Assembly: GCF_000018105.1 (NCBI RefSeq)
Contig: NC_009925.1
Span: 1,980,001 to 2,012,000, forward strand
DNA from: Acaryochloris marina MBIC11017
GTDB lineage: Bacteria > Cyanobacteriota > Cyanobacteriia > Thermosynechococcales > Thermosynechococcaceae
Direction: 5' to 3'
DNA: 32,000 nt
Shown: positions 1 to 7,356 of the stretch, piece by piece
Numbering within the stretch: the first letter of the stretch is position 1
Layout of the letters: the number at the start of each line of letters is the position of its first letter
Position numbers and translations under genes: made by a program
Notes under the pieces: model-generated
What the model saw: the letters and a program-made list of their open reading frames with translations, nothing else
Told to the model about the DNA's origin: nothing
Database searches by the model: none

Positions 1-207
1 CTGCAAGCTACGGGAAAAATCAATTCATCTAGAGAAATATCGCAATGTGTGATTGGCCTCTCGATATTAGCTGCGCTCATATCTAGAGTCTATACAAGTA
101 GCCTCAATATTTGGATATTTGAATGGATGGAAGTGTTAGCCATTCTCCTATTCTGCTGGTTTGGCACCAAACTTTACTTCATCACGCTAGAGAAGTATCA
201 GCTTTAG
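1..207 (+). CDS. 3' end of a CDS entering from upstream of the window (hydrophobic C-terminal fragment, function unknown)
   Basis: Frame 1 is open from base 1 to TAG at 205-207. My translation is ...CVIGLSILAALISRVY...WMEVLAILLFCWFGTKLYFITLEKYQL*, with two helix-like hydrophobic stretches. It is absent from the ORF track because no start codon lies in the window. Confidence 0.3.
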   Translation: MQATGKINSSREISQCVIGLSILAALISRVYTSSLNIWIFEWMEVLAILLFCWFGTKLYFITLEKYQL

Positions 208-261
208 TGAATATCTCGCCGTTTTTAGCCTAAGAGAAGATCGCTCACAACATATAGATCG

Positions 262-603
262 ATGAAAACCTCAGATCGACAAAGCCATTTTTATCAACAG
301 ATCTATCAGTTAGTACGCAAAATCCCTCCTGGCAAAGTCGCCACCTATGGCCAAATTGCGGAACTACTCGGCAGACCTCGCCATGCCCGTCAGATTGGCT
401 ATGCCCTGTATCGAGTGGCACCGGATTCAGATATTCCCTGGCAGCGGGTCGTCAATGCCCAGGGCATGATTTCCCATTCCCCTCAACGTCAGGGGAGCGA
501 TGACCTACAGCGCATTTTGCTGGAGCAAGAAGGCATCACCTTCAATAGCCAAGAGAAACTGGACCTGCGCCGCTATCGTTGGCAGCCGGACCTACTGGAG
601 TGA
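262..603 (+). CDS. Alkyltransferase-like (ATL) protein: MGMT-family DNA-binding domain without the catalytic cysteine
   Basis: 113-aa ORF. It has TYGQIAELLGRPRHARQIGYAL (MGMT HTH region) and IPWQRVV where MGMT has PCHRV (Cys replaced by Trp), followed by LLEQEGI. The size fits a stand-alone ATL. Confidence 0.8.
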   Translation: MKTSDRQSHFYQQIYQLVRKIPPGKVATYGQIAELLGRPRHARQIGYALYRVAPDSDIPWQRVVNAQGMISHSPQRQGSDDLQRILLEQEGITFNSQEKLDLRRYRWQPDLLE

Positions 604-1782
604 CCCTCTAGGGTCCAAGATATCTCGTAGGGTGTCCCCCAAGAGGTTAAAGGACAACACCGTCAAGATAATCAAAATAGCGGGGGGCCACACCAACCAG
701 GGCTGCAAAATCAAAATGGAGGCATTGGTCGATAGGGACAGCAAATTGCCCCAGGAGGGATCAGGCTGTTCAATGCCCAGGCCAATCAGGCTTAATACCG
801 ATTCCGCCACGATAAAACTGGGAATAGCCAGGGTAGCCGAAATAATCACGTAGGTGGCAGTTTGGGGGAGAACATGGCGGGTAATGATATACAAGGGCCT
901 AGCTCCCATCACCTTGGCCGCTTGGATAAACTCCTGCTCCTTAATCGACAGGACCTGACCGCGAATCACCCGAGCTAGCCCTGCCCAGCCCACAAATGAG
1001 GTAATTAAGACAATTAACAAAAAGCGCTCACTACTGGACAATCCTGGTGGCAAAATAGCGGCCAGGGCCACCAGTAAATACAGGCCAGGAATGGTCATTA
1101 AGACTTCCACTAGACGCATCAAAATGCTATCCACCCAGCCACCGAAATAGCCAGAGATACCACCAACCAGCATCCCTAACGGGAGGGAAATAGCGACCCC
1201 TACTAAGCCAATACTGAGGCTAATCCGGCCGCCAAAGAGGATTCGGCTGAGTTGATCACGAGCCTGGTCATCCGTACCAAGGACGTTGAGATAGCCTGGG
1301 CCAGTGGTGCCAAACAAGTGACGGTTAAAGGCAAACCCTGGAAATACCGTGACCTGATCGATTTTGGGGTCGGACCAAGACCATTGAGTCGGTAGGGGGA
1401 GCTTTAGCTGCAAAAACTGATAGTTCCAGCCTTTGACAAACAGGCGAATGGGAGACGGTTGGGTCCGATCGACTTGTAAATCACGGATGCCGGTTTGCCA
1501 GGCTTTGGATTCCTTGTTGCGCCAGTCAATGGGTTCAAGGGTGGTGGGATAGACATGGGGGCCAATCCATTGCCCATCAGCGTTGTTCCAATAAATCTGG
1601 GTCGGCGGTAATAAAGCGCCATTGACTTGGGGCTGGCAGGCCCCAGTATTAATGGTTTCTGTATCGCAAGGAGCATAGGGGGCAACAAAGTCTGCTCCGA
1701 TCACTAACAGGTAGAAGGTAATCAGAATAGCGGCCCCAAATCGAGCCAATTTTTTCTGACGAAGCTGCTGCCACCAACTCAT
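592..1782 (-). CDS. ABC transporter permease, OppC/DppC type (peptide/nickel family) with a long periplasmic loop after TM1
   Basis: 396-aa ORF. It has an N-terminal TM helix, a loop of about 130 aa, then multiple TM helices. The block IKEQEFIQAAKVMGARPLYIITRHVLPQ is typical of Opp/Dpp C-subunit permeases. Confidence 0.85.
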   Translation of the reverse strand: MSWWQQLRQKKLARFGAAILITFYLLVIGADFVAPYAPCDTETINTGACQPQVNGALLPPTQIYWNNADGQWIGPHVYPTTLEPIDWRNKESKAWQTGIRDLQVDRTQPSPIRLFVKGWNYQFLQLKLPLPTQWSWSDPKIDQVTVFPGFAFNRHLFGTTGPGYLNVLGTDDQARDQLSRILFGGRISLSIGLVGVAISLPLGMLVGGISGYFGGWVDSILMRLVEVLMTIPGLYLLVALAAILPPGLSSSERFLLIVLITSFVGWAGLARVIRGQVLSIKEQEFIQAAKVMGARPLYIITRHVLPQTATYVIISATLAIPSFIVAESVLSLIGLGIEQPDPSWGNLLSLSTNASILILQPWLVWPPAILIILTVLSFNLLGDTLRDILDPRGSLQ

Positions 1783-1906
1783 AATGTCTCGTCCTGGGTG
1801 CTGAAGACTTCCACATTGTAGGTCCTGGCATGATTAAACCATGCCAAGCAAGGGGGCACAGACGAGGTTGACCCCATGTTGTGACACAACTTGGCAAATT
1901 TCAGAG

Positions 1907-2767
1907 TTAGTAATGGAAGGGGATCGTCAACAAAGGGGCAGCAGTAACCAATAAGCCGCTCCAGGTCCAGGGATAGGAAGGAGGAGCCGTTCCCCTGGGG
2001 GCAAGCAGGGCATCGATTCGCTCTGATAAGCGATGGCCCGTTGCCGTCTGCATGGCGGCACAAATATTTTCCGCAAACTCTGCCGGATAGGGATTGACCA
2101 TCAACAGCAAGGATTCCGCTAGCACCAACGGATCAACCTGCTGGGCAGCCCACTGATCGGCGCGCAATTCCCGCAGCAGCAAGAGTTCTTGCCACAGTTC
2201 TGTGGAATGGGGCAGCCAAGCCGTCAGCCGACGCAGCCAGCCCCACCAGAAAAACCAAAAGGTATCGCGATACTGCTGATGGGCTTGTTCATGGACCAGT
2301 ACTGCGGCTAGCTGATCCGCAGACAGGGCCTGCACTAACCCCTTGGTAATCACTAATTCAGACTGCCAAAACCCGACTTGAGCGGCATAGGGCAAGGCAT
2401 GATCGATTTGGTAGGCTGCATGGCCTTGAATATGGGTTTGGGGACAGGCATAAATGCGCTGTAAGCTCGACCATCCCTCCATCAGGAGCTTGAGATTAAG
2501 GCAGGCCGCTACTCCCACAAATCCAGCAGCGACACCATAACTCCACCCATTTTCTCGAACCCAAACCATATGGCCTTGAGGTCCCATGTATAGAACTGCG
2601 ATCGCAGTCATTAACAACAGCAAGGGGGACCATAAAAAGACCAGTAAATTCCCCTGCCACCTCTGGGCCCAGGTCCATTGGTCTCGATTGGATTCCAGCC
2701 AGCGATAGCCATAGGTTCGGCACAGCCAGGCCAAAGACAAGGCACTGAGAATCATCAGCAAATGCAT
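1907..2767 (-). CDS. M56-family (BlaR1/MecR1-like) membrane zinc metalloprotease, short form with no recognisable sensor domain
   Basis: 286 aa with several hydrophobic helices. The HEXXH motif occurs as VHEQAHQQYRD. The start ATG shares one base with the stop of the upstream BlaI-like gene (TAATG on the minus strand at 2765-2769). Confidence 0.8.
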   Translation of the reverse strand: MHLLMILSALSLAWLCRTYGYRWLESNRDQWTWAQRWQGNLLVFLWSPLLLLMTAIAVLYMGPQGHMVWVRENGWSYGVAAGFVGVAACLNLKLLMEGWSSLQRIYACPQTHIQGHAAYQIDHALPYAAQVGFWQSELVITKGLVQALSADQLAAVLVHEQAHQQYRDTFWFFWWGWLRRLTAWLPHSTELWQELLLLRELRADQWAAQQVDPLVLAESLLLMVNPYPAEFAENICAAMQTATGHRLSERIDALLAPRGTAPPSYPWTWSGLLVTAAPLLTIPFHY

Positions 2768-3186
2768 TACTGATCCTCCCTGGCTTTGCGAGCGGCCCGT
2801 ATCTTATCTGCGATCTCTTCCAGTTGCTCGACGCTGGCCTGATCGAGATGATCGGCAAAAGCAGCAACCGTATCAGGATTCCCGACGGCTAAAAACTGCT
2901 GAAGTTGGTCGTAGGCCCAAAGAGAGTTGGCCTGGGCTCGGGAAACCAGAGGACGCCAAACAAAGCTGCGATTTTGCTTATCGCAAGCTAACCAGCCTTT
3001 TTTAGTCAGGCGATTAAGAACGGTGGTAACGGAGGTGTAGGCCAATTCGCGATCGGGATTGGTCAAAATCTGTTCATGCACCTGTTTGACGGTGGCGGTC
3101 CCTAAATCCCAAATCAAGTTGAGAATTTCGAATTCTAAGGGGCCGAGAGAAAGCTGCTTGGGACGAAAGTCCGGGAGCGATGCCAT
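2767..3186 (-). CDS. BlaI/MecI/CopY-family winged-helix transcriptional repressor
   Basis: 139 aa. LGPLEFEILNLIWDLGTATVKQVHEQI...YTSVTTVLNRLTKKGWL matches the BlaI/CopY penicillinase-repressor fold pattern. It is paired with an M56 protease gene. Confidence 0.85.
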   Translation of the reverse strand: MASLPDFRPKQLSLGPLEFEILNLIWDLGTATVKQVHEQILTNPDRELAYTSVTTVLNRLTKKGWLACDKQNRSFVWRPLVSRAQANSLWAYDQLQQFLAVGNPDTVAAFADHLDQASVEQLEEIADKIRAARKAREDQ

Positions 3187-3205
3187 CGCTGTTATATCCT
3201 GCTGA

Positions 3206-3228
3206 TTGGTTAGCTACTGACCAAGGTA
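3206..3228. promoter_or_regulatory. Candidate operator upstream of the BlaI-like gene
   Basis: Imperfect 19-nt palindrome TTGGTTAGCTACTGACCAA (3206-3224, 7 of 9 arm pairs), overlapping a TAC-N8-GTA dyad (3215-3228). It lies 20-40 nt upstream of the start at 3186. The BlaI/CopY family binds TAC...GTA-type dyads. Confidence 0.25.
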
Positions 3229-3310
3229 ACGTATCGTCTAACGACTAAACGCTTTAAACACAAGACTTTTTAGGATTAACCGCTACTCAGTGCTGCAAAC
3301 CAGAGATTAT

Positions 3311-3724
3311 CTAGTCGAAGACGATAAATGGATTCATCTCAGCCGGAGTCATCCACTCAATGCCATACTTTTCTCGCAAAATCCGTTTCATCACCAACCA
3401 TTGTTGATGGCAGAGTCCCCTCCCGGGGTGGCACAAATCGGCAGCTTTAGGTGAGGTGTTTTGCAGCTCAATCATCCGCTGCCGATGCTCACGATCTACT
3501 TCTTGACGCGCTTGTAATCGCACGTCTTCAAATATTGGCTGCAAGTCAGGATCATCTTCAAGAGGATCATGTAATTCAGAAGTGCCCGATTGATGCGCCA
3601 CTTGCAGTGCATCAATCATCTTGAATCGTTTTTCAAAGGAGAGGTTTTGAAGATAAAACTTCCCTTGCGCTATCGGGCAGCCAGTAACCCGATGGAAAAG
3701 CATGACATCAGAGTTATCTAACAA
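3311..3724 (-). CDS. Hypothetical protein (small-ORF array member F)
   Basis: 137-aa ORF with a conserved-looking C-terminal block GLCHQQWLVMKRILREKYGIEWMTPAEMNPFIVFD. I cannot name a family. Confidence 0.55.
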   Translation of the reverse strand: MLDNSDVMLFHRVTGCPIAQGKFYLQNLSFEKRFKMIDALQVAHQSGTSELHDPLEDDPDLQPIFEDVRLQARQEVDREHRQRMIELQNTSPKAADLCHPGRGLCHQQWLVMKRILREKYGIEWMTPAEMNPFIVFD

Positions 3725-3897
3725 GAGCGAGTATTGAAAAACGTAGTACAGCCCTATGCTAGCTTGCCATTTGCTTAAACAGTTGATGTATCCAAGTGCT
3801 CAAAACACCCACTTTGAAACAACGCCTTGATTTATCGTTTGCTTAAGTCGTGTTTGGTTGTTCCGTATGCTCACAGCAACCAGCGAGTCATTGAGTA

Positions 3898-4257
3898 TTA
3901 GCTGATGCAAACACCAGCATTTCGCTGCTTGGCTAAGTCTATCGCGGAGAGAAAACGCTTCATATATGTCTGAATCCTCGCCGACTGTGCTTTATTACGC
4001 CAAATTTCTTGGGCAATAGCCACAGAATCTGCATAAATCATGTGACACTCAGCAGCAAACAGATCTAATTCCTCAGGGTAAACAAATAAGTCACCATCAT
4101 TGAGTTGGGGGAAGTACCTTGCGCCACGCCGAATCAGTGATTGCGCCCCCCATAACTGTGTACGATATGACTCAAATCCAGCCATATCATATTCAATTGC
4201 ATTGAGATAGGAGTAGGGACCTGAACTTGGATCGAAAAGGTCTATAACAAGGGTCAT
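3898..4257 (-). CDS. Hypothetical protein (small-ORF array member E)
   Basis: 119-aa ORF on the same strand as its neighbours, with a 20-nt gap to the upstream ORF. No recognisable motif. Confidence 0.55.
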   Translation of the reverse strand: MTLVIDLFDPSSGPYSYLNAIEYDMAGFESYRTQLWGAQSLIRRGARYFPQLNDGDLFVYPEELDLFAAECHMIYADSVAIAQEIWRNKAQSARIQTYMKRFLSAIDLAKQRNAGVCIS

Positions 4258-4278
4258 ATTTCCTTTGTGACTTGCACT

Positions 4279-4716
4279 TCAGCAAGAAAGATATGCGTTC
4301 GAATGGAGGCCAATCACTTCAGTTACGATTGCTACGGCGACTAGTCTACCTCCTTCCATAAAGTAGCCTTTTACACCTAACTGAATTCTTGAACAGTGAA
4401 TCTGTCGGCGCATTTCAGGTGACACAATCCACATGGTTGCCATACCAGTCATGGGGACAGGAGTATCTTGAGGAAAAACAGAACCGTCTAAAGCCAAAAA
4501 CTGAGGCCAAATCATATAGATGCCAGTTTCTGAAATATCGTCCCCTTTATACGACCAGTCACAGCGACAGCCCTGATAATATTGGCGACCACCCTCTAGT
4601 AGCAATCGATAACGAACCTTAAAGTCTGGCAACCTACCCGACACTTTGGCATAGCTGGTCATACTAGATACTTTAGTCTTGATTTCTGTATTTATTGGCC
4701 AGTTAAAGTTCAGCAT
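4279..4716 (-). CDS. Hypothetical protein with an EF-Tu domain-III-like beta-barrel signature (small-ORF array member D)
   Basis: The ORF 4279..4773 overlaps the upstream gene. Likely starts are Met20 (4716) or Met38 (4662). FKVRYRLLLEGGRQYYQGCRCDW...GMATMWIV...GVKGYFMEGGRLVAVAIVTEVIGL parallels EF-Tu domain III (F.aeVY.L.k.EGGR...F..GYRPQF...PGD...v.L..P...G.RFAIREGGRTVGAGVV). Confidence 0.5.
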   Translation of the reverse strand: MLNFNWPINTEIKTKVSSMTSYAKVSGRLPDFKVRYRLLLEGGRQYYQGCRCDWSYKGDDISETGIYMIWPQFLALDGSVFPQDTPVPMTGMATMWIVSPEMRRQIHCSRIQLGVKGYFMEGGRLVAVAIVTEVIGLHSNAYLSC

Positions 4717-5278
4717 CACTGATGCTCTGCTGTTGCCGTGCTCGATTACGCACAGCACTATTACAGCCTTCATGCACCAACCTATCGAGTTGCTGACGGG
4801 TGATTTCCTTTGCCACGATGAGTGATTCCTGGACCATTCGATCTTTGCTCGCTAAGCACCGTTTCACTAATTCATCGCTAATTGGCCCAGTTTCAATCGC
4901 CAGGGTTAGTCGTCGCCGTCTCACCAGCCTTTGATGACCGTCGCTCTGAAAGGCTGAATGTGTCGCAATGTGCTCAACTTGATCCTGACTTAAACGATGC
5001 CCAGTCAGGAGGTTCGCAAGTGCCGCTCCAGCCATCGCCTGATCAGGGTCAAGCACAGCCAATTCAATGTATTGCGCCAATTCTTCATTAGCCAAGAACA
5101 AATGCCTATCTAGGATGCGGAGAAATGAAGCATAACGATAGTGTTCAGCATTTTGATCGTCAGAGGACTCAAAAGTCTCATGTTGGCAGGCCAGCTCTTC
5201 TAGAGATAGAAATCCATAAACGAGCCATCGCCGATCATAGCCCAGTAATTTCAATGACTGTTCCGTATCCTGCATCAT
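4703..5278 (-). CDS. Hypothetical, predicted all-helical protein (small-ORF array member C)
   Basis: 191-aa ORF starting with a double Met. No motif recognised. Confidence 0.55.
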   Translation of the reverse strand: MMQDTEQSLKLLGYDRRWLVYGFLSLEELACQHETFESSDDQNAEHYRYASFLRILDRHLFLANEELAQYIELAVLDPDQAMAGAALANLLTGHRLSQDQVEHIATHSAFQSDGHQRLVRRRRLTLAIETGPISDELVKRCLASKDRMVQESLIVAKEITRQQLDRLVHEGCNSAVRNRARQQQSISDAEL

Positions 5279-5364
5279 CGTTGCGTTTATCCGCCCAATA
5301 TCCTAGCTCACCATCACTGGTTCAGAATGCAGCTTCATGAGAAGGAAGTAGATTGTGATAACCT

Positions 5365-5649
5365 TCAGTTCTGAAGCGAGATGCGCAATGGTTTAAGTCC
5401 CGGAGTTCTTGGCTGCCAACCCTTCTGAAGCGCCTCTTCAATGCATGTCACTACAAAGCCTGGGGTGATTTGCCGATATTGTTGATGTTCAGACGGATCA
5501 CTGTAATCCATCTGGACTTCCAATTTTTGGCCTGACGATTCATCATCTATGACAACCAGAATCATAAAGCCACTATCAGGCGACACGACCCAGCGATACC
5601 GGACATCGCCCGTTACTAGCGTTCGACTTTCTTTTTTTGCTAGAGCCAA
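5365..5649 (-). CDS. Hypothetical protein (small-ORF array member B)
   Basis: 94-aa ORF with a TTG start. On the minus strand it is preceded by GAGG five nt upstream (AGAGGTAATCTTG). Confidence 0.5.
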   Translation of the reverse strand: MALAKKESRTLVTGDVRYRWVVSPDSGFMILVVIDDESSGQKLEVQMDYSDPSEHQQYRQITPGFVVTCIEEALQKGWQPRTPGLKPLRISLQN

Positions 5650-5757
5650 GATTACCTCTATCTAATATTTACGATCATCAAATCCAGAATCACTCAAATA
5701 CTTTTTCAACAAGCTTTCCAGGCTTATGGACACCAGAATCATTTTTCCACAGAGTTT

Positions 5758-6516
5758 TCAACAGCAAGAGGAGACCATTCCCAACCCTTGATCAGCAGTA
5801 ACCTGATAGAAAAGCTGAATCTCTTGCAAAAACTCTTGCAGGAATGGATATTGATCTTCTGACCATCCGCCTCGGTAAATTGGTGGATTTATTTTCGCTG
5901 CTTGCTCAAACCGTCGCCGAACCTCTTTCTCACCAATTGCTGATAACACTCGTGAAATTTCTGCCACTTCACTCACGTCCTGGTACCAACAGCAAGGGTA
6001 TGAATCTGTTGGATCAACAGGTTTACCAGCAAAAATATTAACGCGGTTTAAATCATTAGCTACACATATGCAATCCAAATGATTCATCGCTTGACCATTC
6101 CTCAGCACATAGCTGCCCCAATCCCATGCCTGCCCTAAATACAGATATGAACAGTTTTTTTCACTACAAACAATTGAATATAGGCTCTGTTTCCAACGCT
6201 CATAATTCTTTGGGCAGTCACGTTTTAGGTCAACTAACATTTCAACGTCCCATTCCGTCCACACATTACAAACCTCATTTGCATCTGATGTGATTTCATC
6301 CAGGATTTGCCTTTGCTCTAATGTCAATTCGGAAATATCTGCAATCAAAGGTATATCAGTATTTTTAGGAGCTAGCTCTGCAATTATGTCTTCATAAATC
6401 TCTAAATCTTTCTGGAGAATGTCTAATCCAGTTTTAGTAATTTGTCTTAGCAATGCAGTAACTGACATATTTTTAAAAGCTGCTAATTCTGCCCAATATA
6501 TCTTTTGCACAACCAT
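5758..6516 (-). CDS. Hypothetical protein with a YfbM/DUF1877-like C-terminal region (small-ORF array member A)
   Basis: 252-aa ORF. LYLGQAWDWGSYVLRNG and EVRRRFEQAAKINPPIYRGGWSEDQYPFLQEFLQEIQLFYQVTADQGLG resemble, as I recall it, E. coli YfbM (LDIDKRWDFLHFGLTG ... ELRKQF...IYPG...LISAYRRMLRQGN). GC is markedly low in hand-counted blocks. Confidence 0.55.
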   Translation of the reverse strand: MVVQKIYWAELAAFKNMSVTALLRQITKTGLDILQKDLEIYEDIIAELAPKNTDIPLIADISELTLEQRQILDEITSDANEVCNVWTEWDVEMLVDLKRDCPKNYERWKQSLYSIVCSEKNCSYLYLGQAWDWGSYVLRNGQAMNHLDCICVANDLNRVNIFAGKPVDPTDSYPCCWYQDVSEVAEISRVLSAIGEKEVRRRFEQAAKINPPIYRGGWSEDQYPFLQEFLQEIQLFYQVTADQGLGMVSSCC

Positions 6517-6557
6517 AGTCGCTTGCTTTCACATACTTCAACCATCAAATTGACGCT

Positions 6558-6594
6558 GCTCCATAGGGCTTGCTAGACTCAAGCCCTATGGAGC
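6558..6594 (+). promoter_or_regulatory. Perfect 15-bp inverted repeat (7-nt loop) immediately upstream of the macro-domain gene; operator, RBS-sequestering hairpin or terminator-like element
   Basis: GCTCCATAGGGCTTG (6558-6572), loop CTAGACT, CAAGCCCTATGGAGC (6580-6594), followed by TTTT. The right arm contains GGAG (6590-6593), 7 nt before the TTG start at 6601. The loop contains TAGACT, 18 nt after TTGACG (6550-6555). Confidence 0.5.
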
Positions 6595-6600
6595 TTTTAG

Positions 6601-7191
6601 TTGACAAAATTAATCCTTGTAGCGCCTGCAGCTAAGCTGTACGGGGCGTTTCGCAAATCCTTCGAGCATTTACCTAACGTTGAAGTCGTTCATAATTATT
6701 TTGAGTGGTTAACCGAGTTTGACTGCCTGGTGAGTCCTGCTAATTCCTTCGGCATGATGGATGGCGGTATGGACGCCGCGATCACGAAATTTTTCGGCGT
6801 GGAACTGGAATGGAACGTTAAATCCCAAATCCTAGAAACATATTTGGGAGAACAGCCCATTGGCACCTCCATGATCGTTGAGACTGGACATCCCCAACAT
6901 CCTTACTTAGCCCATACCCCAACCATGCGGGTGCCCATGATTATCAAAGGCACAGATATTCCCTATAGCGCTATGTGGGCCATGTTGCTAGCAGTCCGAC
7001 AACATAATCAACAGTCCCAAACCCCGATACGGAGTATTGCCTGTCCTGGTTTAGGAACAGGGATTGGCCGAGTTCCCTATGCCGAAGCCGCTCGGCAGAT
7101 GGCTGTTGCCTATGACCACTTTCTCTATCCCCCCAAAGCGCTCAATTGCTTCGTTGCCGCATCCAGACAACTGCAAATTTGGGAAGGTTAA
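6601..7191 (+). CDS. Macro-domain protein (putative ADP-ribose / O-acetyl-ADP-ribose hydrolase)
   Basis: 196 aa. VSPANSFGMMDGGMDAAI followed later by CPGLGTGIGRVP fits the macro-domain ADP-ribose-binding loops. TTG is the first codon after an in-frame TAG (6598-6600), and there is no ATG before the conserved core. Confidence 0.75.
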   Translation: MTKLILVAPAAKLYGAFRKSFEHLPNVEVVHNYFEWLTEFDCLVSPANSFGMMDGGMDAAITKFFGVELEWNVKSQILETYLGEQPIGTSMIVETGHPQHPYLAHTPTMRVPMIIKGTDIPYSAMWAMLLAVRQHNQQSQTPIRSIACPGLGTGIGRVPYAEAARQMAVAYDHFLYPPKALNCFVAASRQLQIWEG

Positions 7192-7356
7192 GGGCGCCCA
7201 TTCCGTTAGCAATTCATCCATCTCCATGTACGACAGACTGTCGTTTGACTTTTTCAGAACGCTTCACCCAGGATAGTTGTGGCAAATGGTTTGCCAGTCA
7301 AATTTGAAGTTGTTTTTGACTTGCGATCTCATCTCACTCCACTGGGGAATCTGATT

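Noticed and set aside
5662-5742. 26-codon minus-strand mini-ORF (MILVSISLESLLKKYLSDSGFDDRKY*) in the spacer between array members A and B
   Set aside because: It is too short, has no clear RBS and no conservation evidence is available. It could be real but cannot be supported from sequence alone.
3311-6516. Calling the small-ORF array a mobile element or genomic island with defined borders
   Set aside because: No integrase, transposase, flanking direct repeats, tRNA attachment site or terminal inverted repeats are visible. GC is patchy: member F (3311-3724) has about 55% GC in a sampled block. Only a compositional hint remains.
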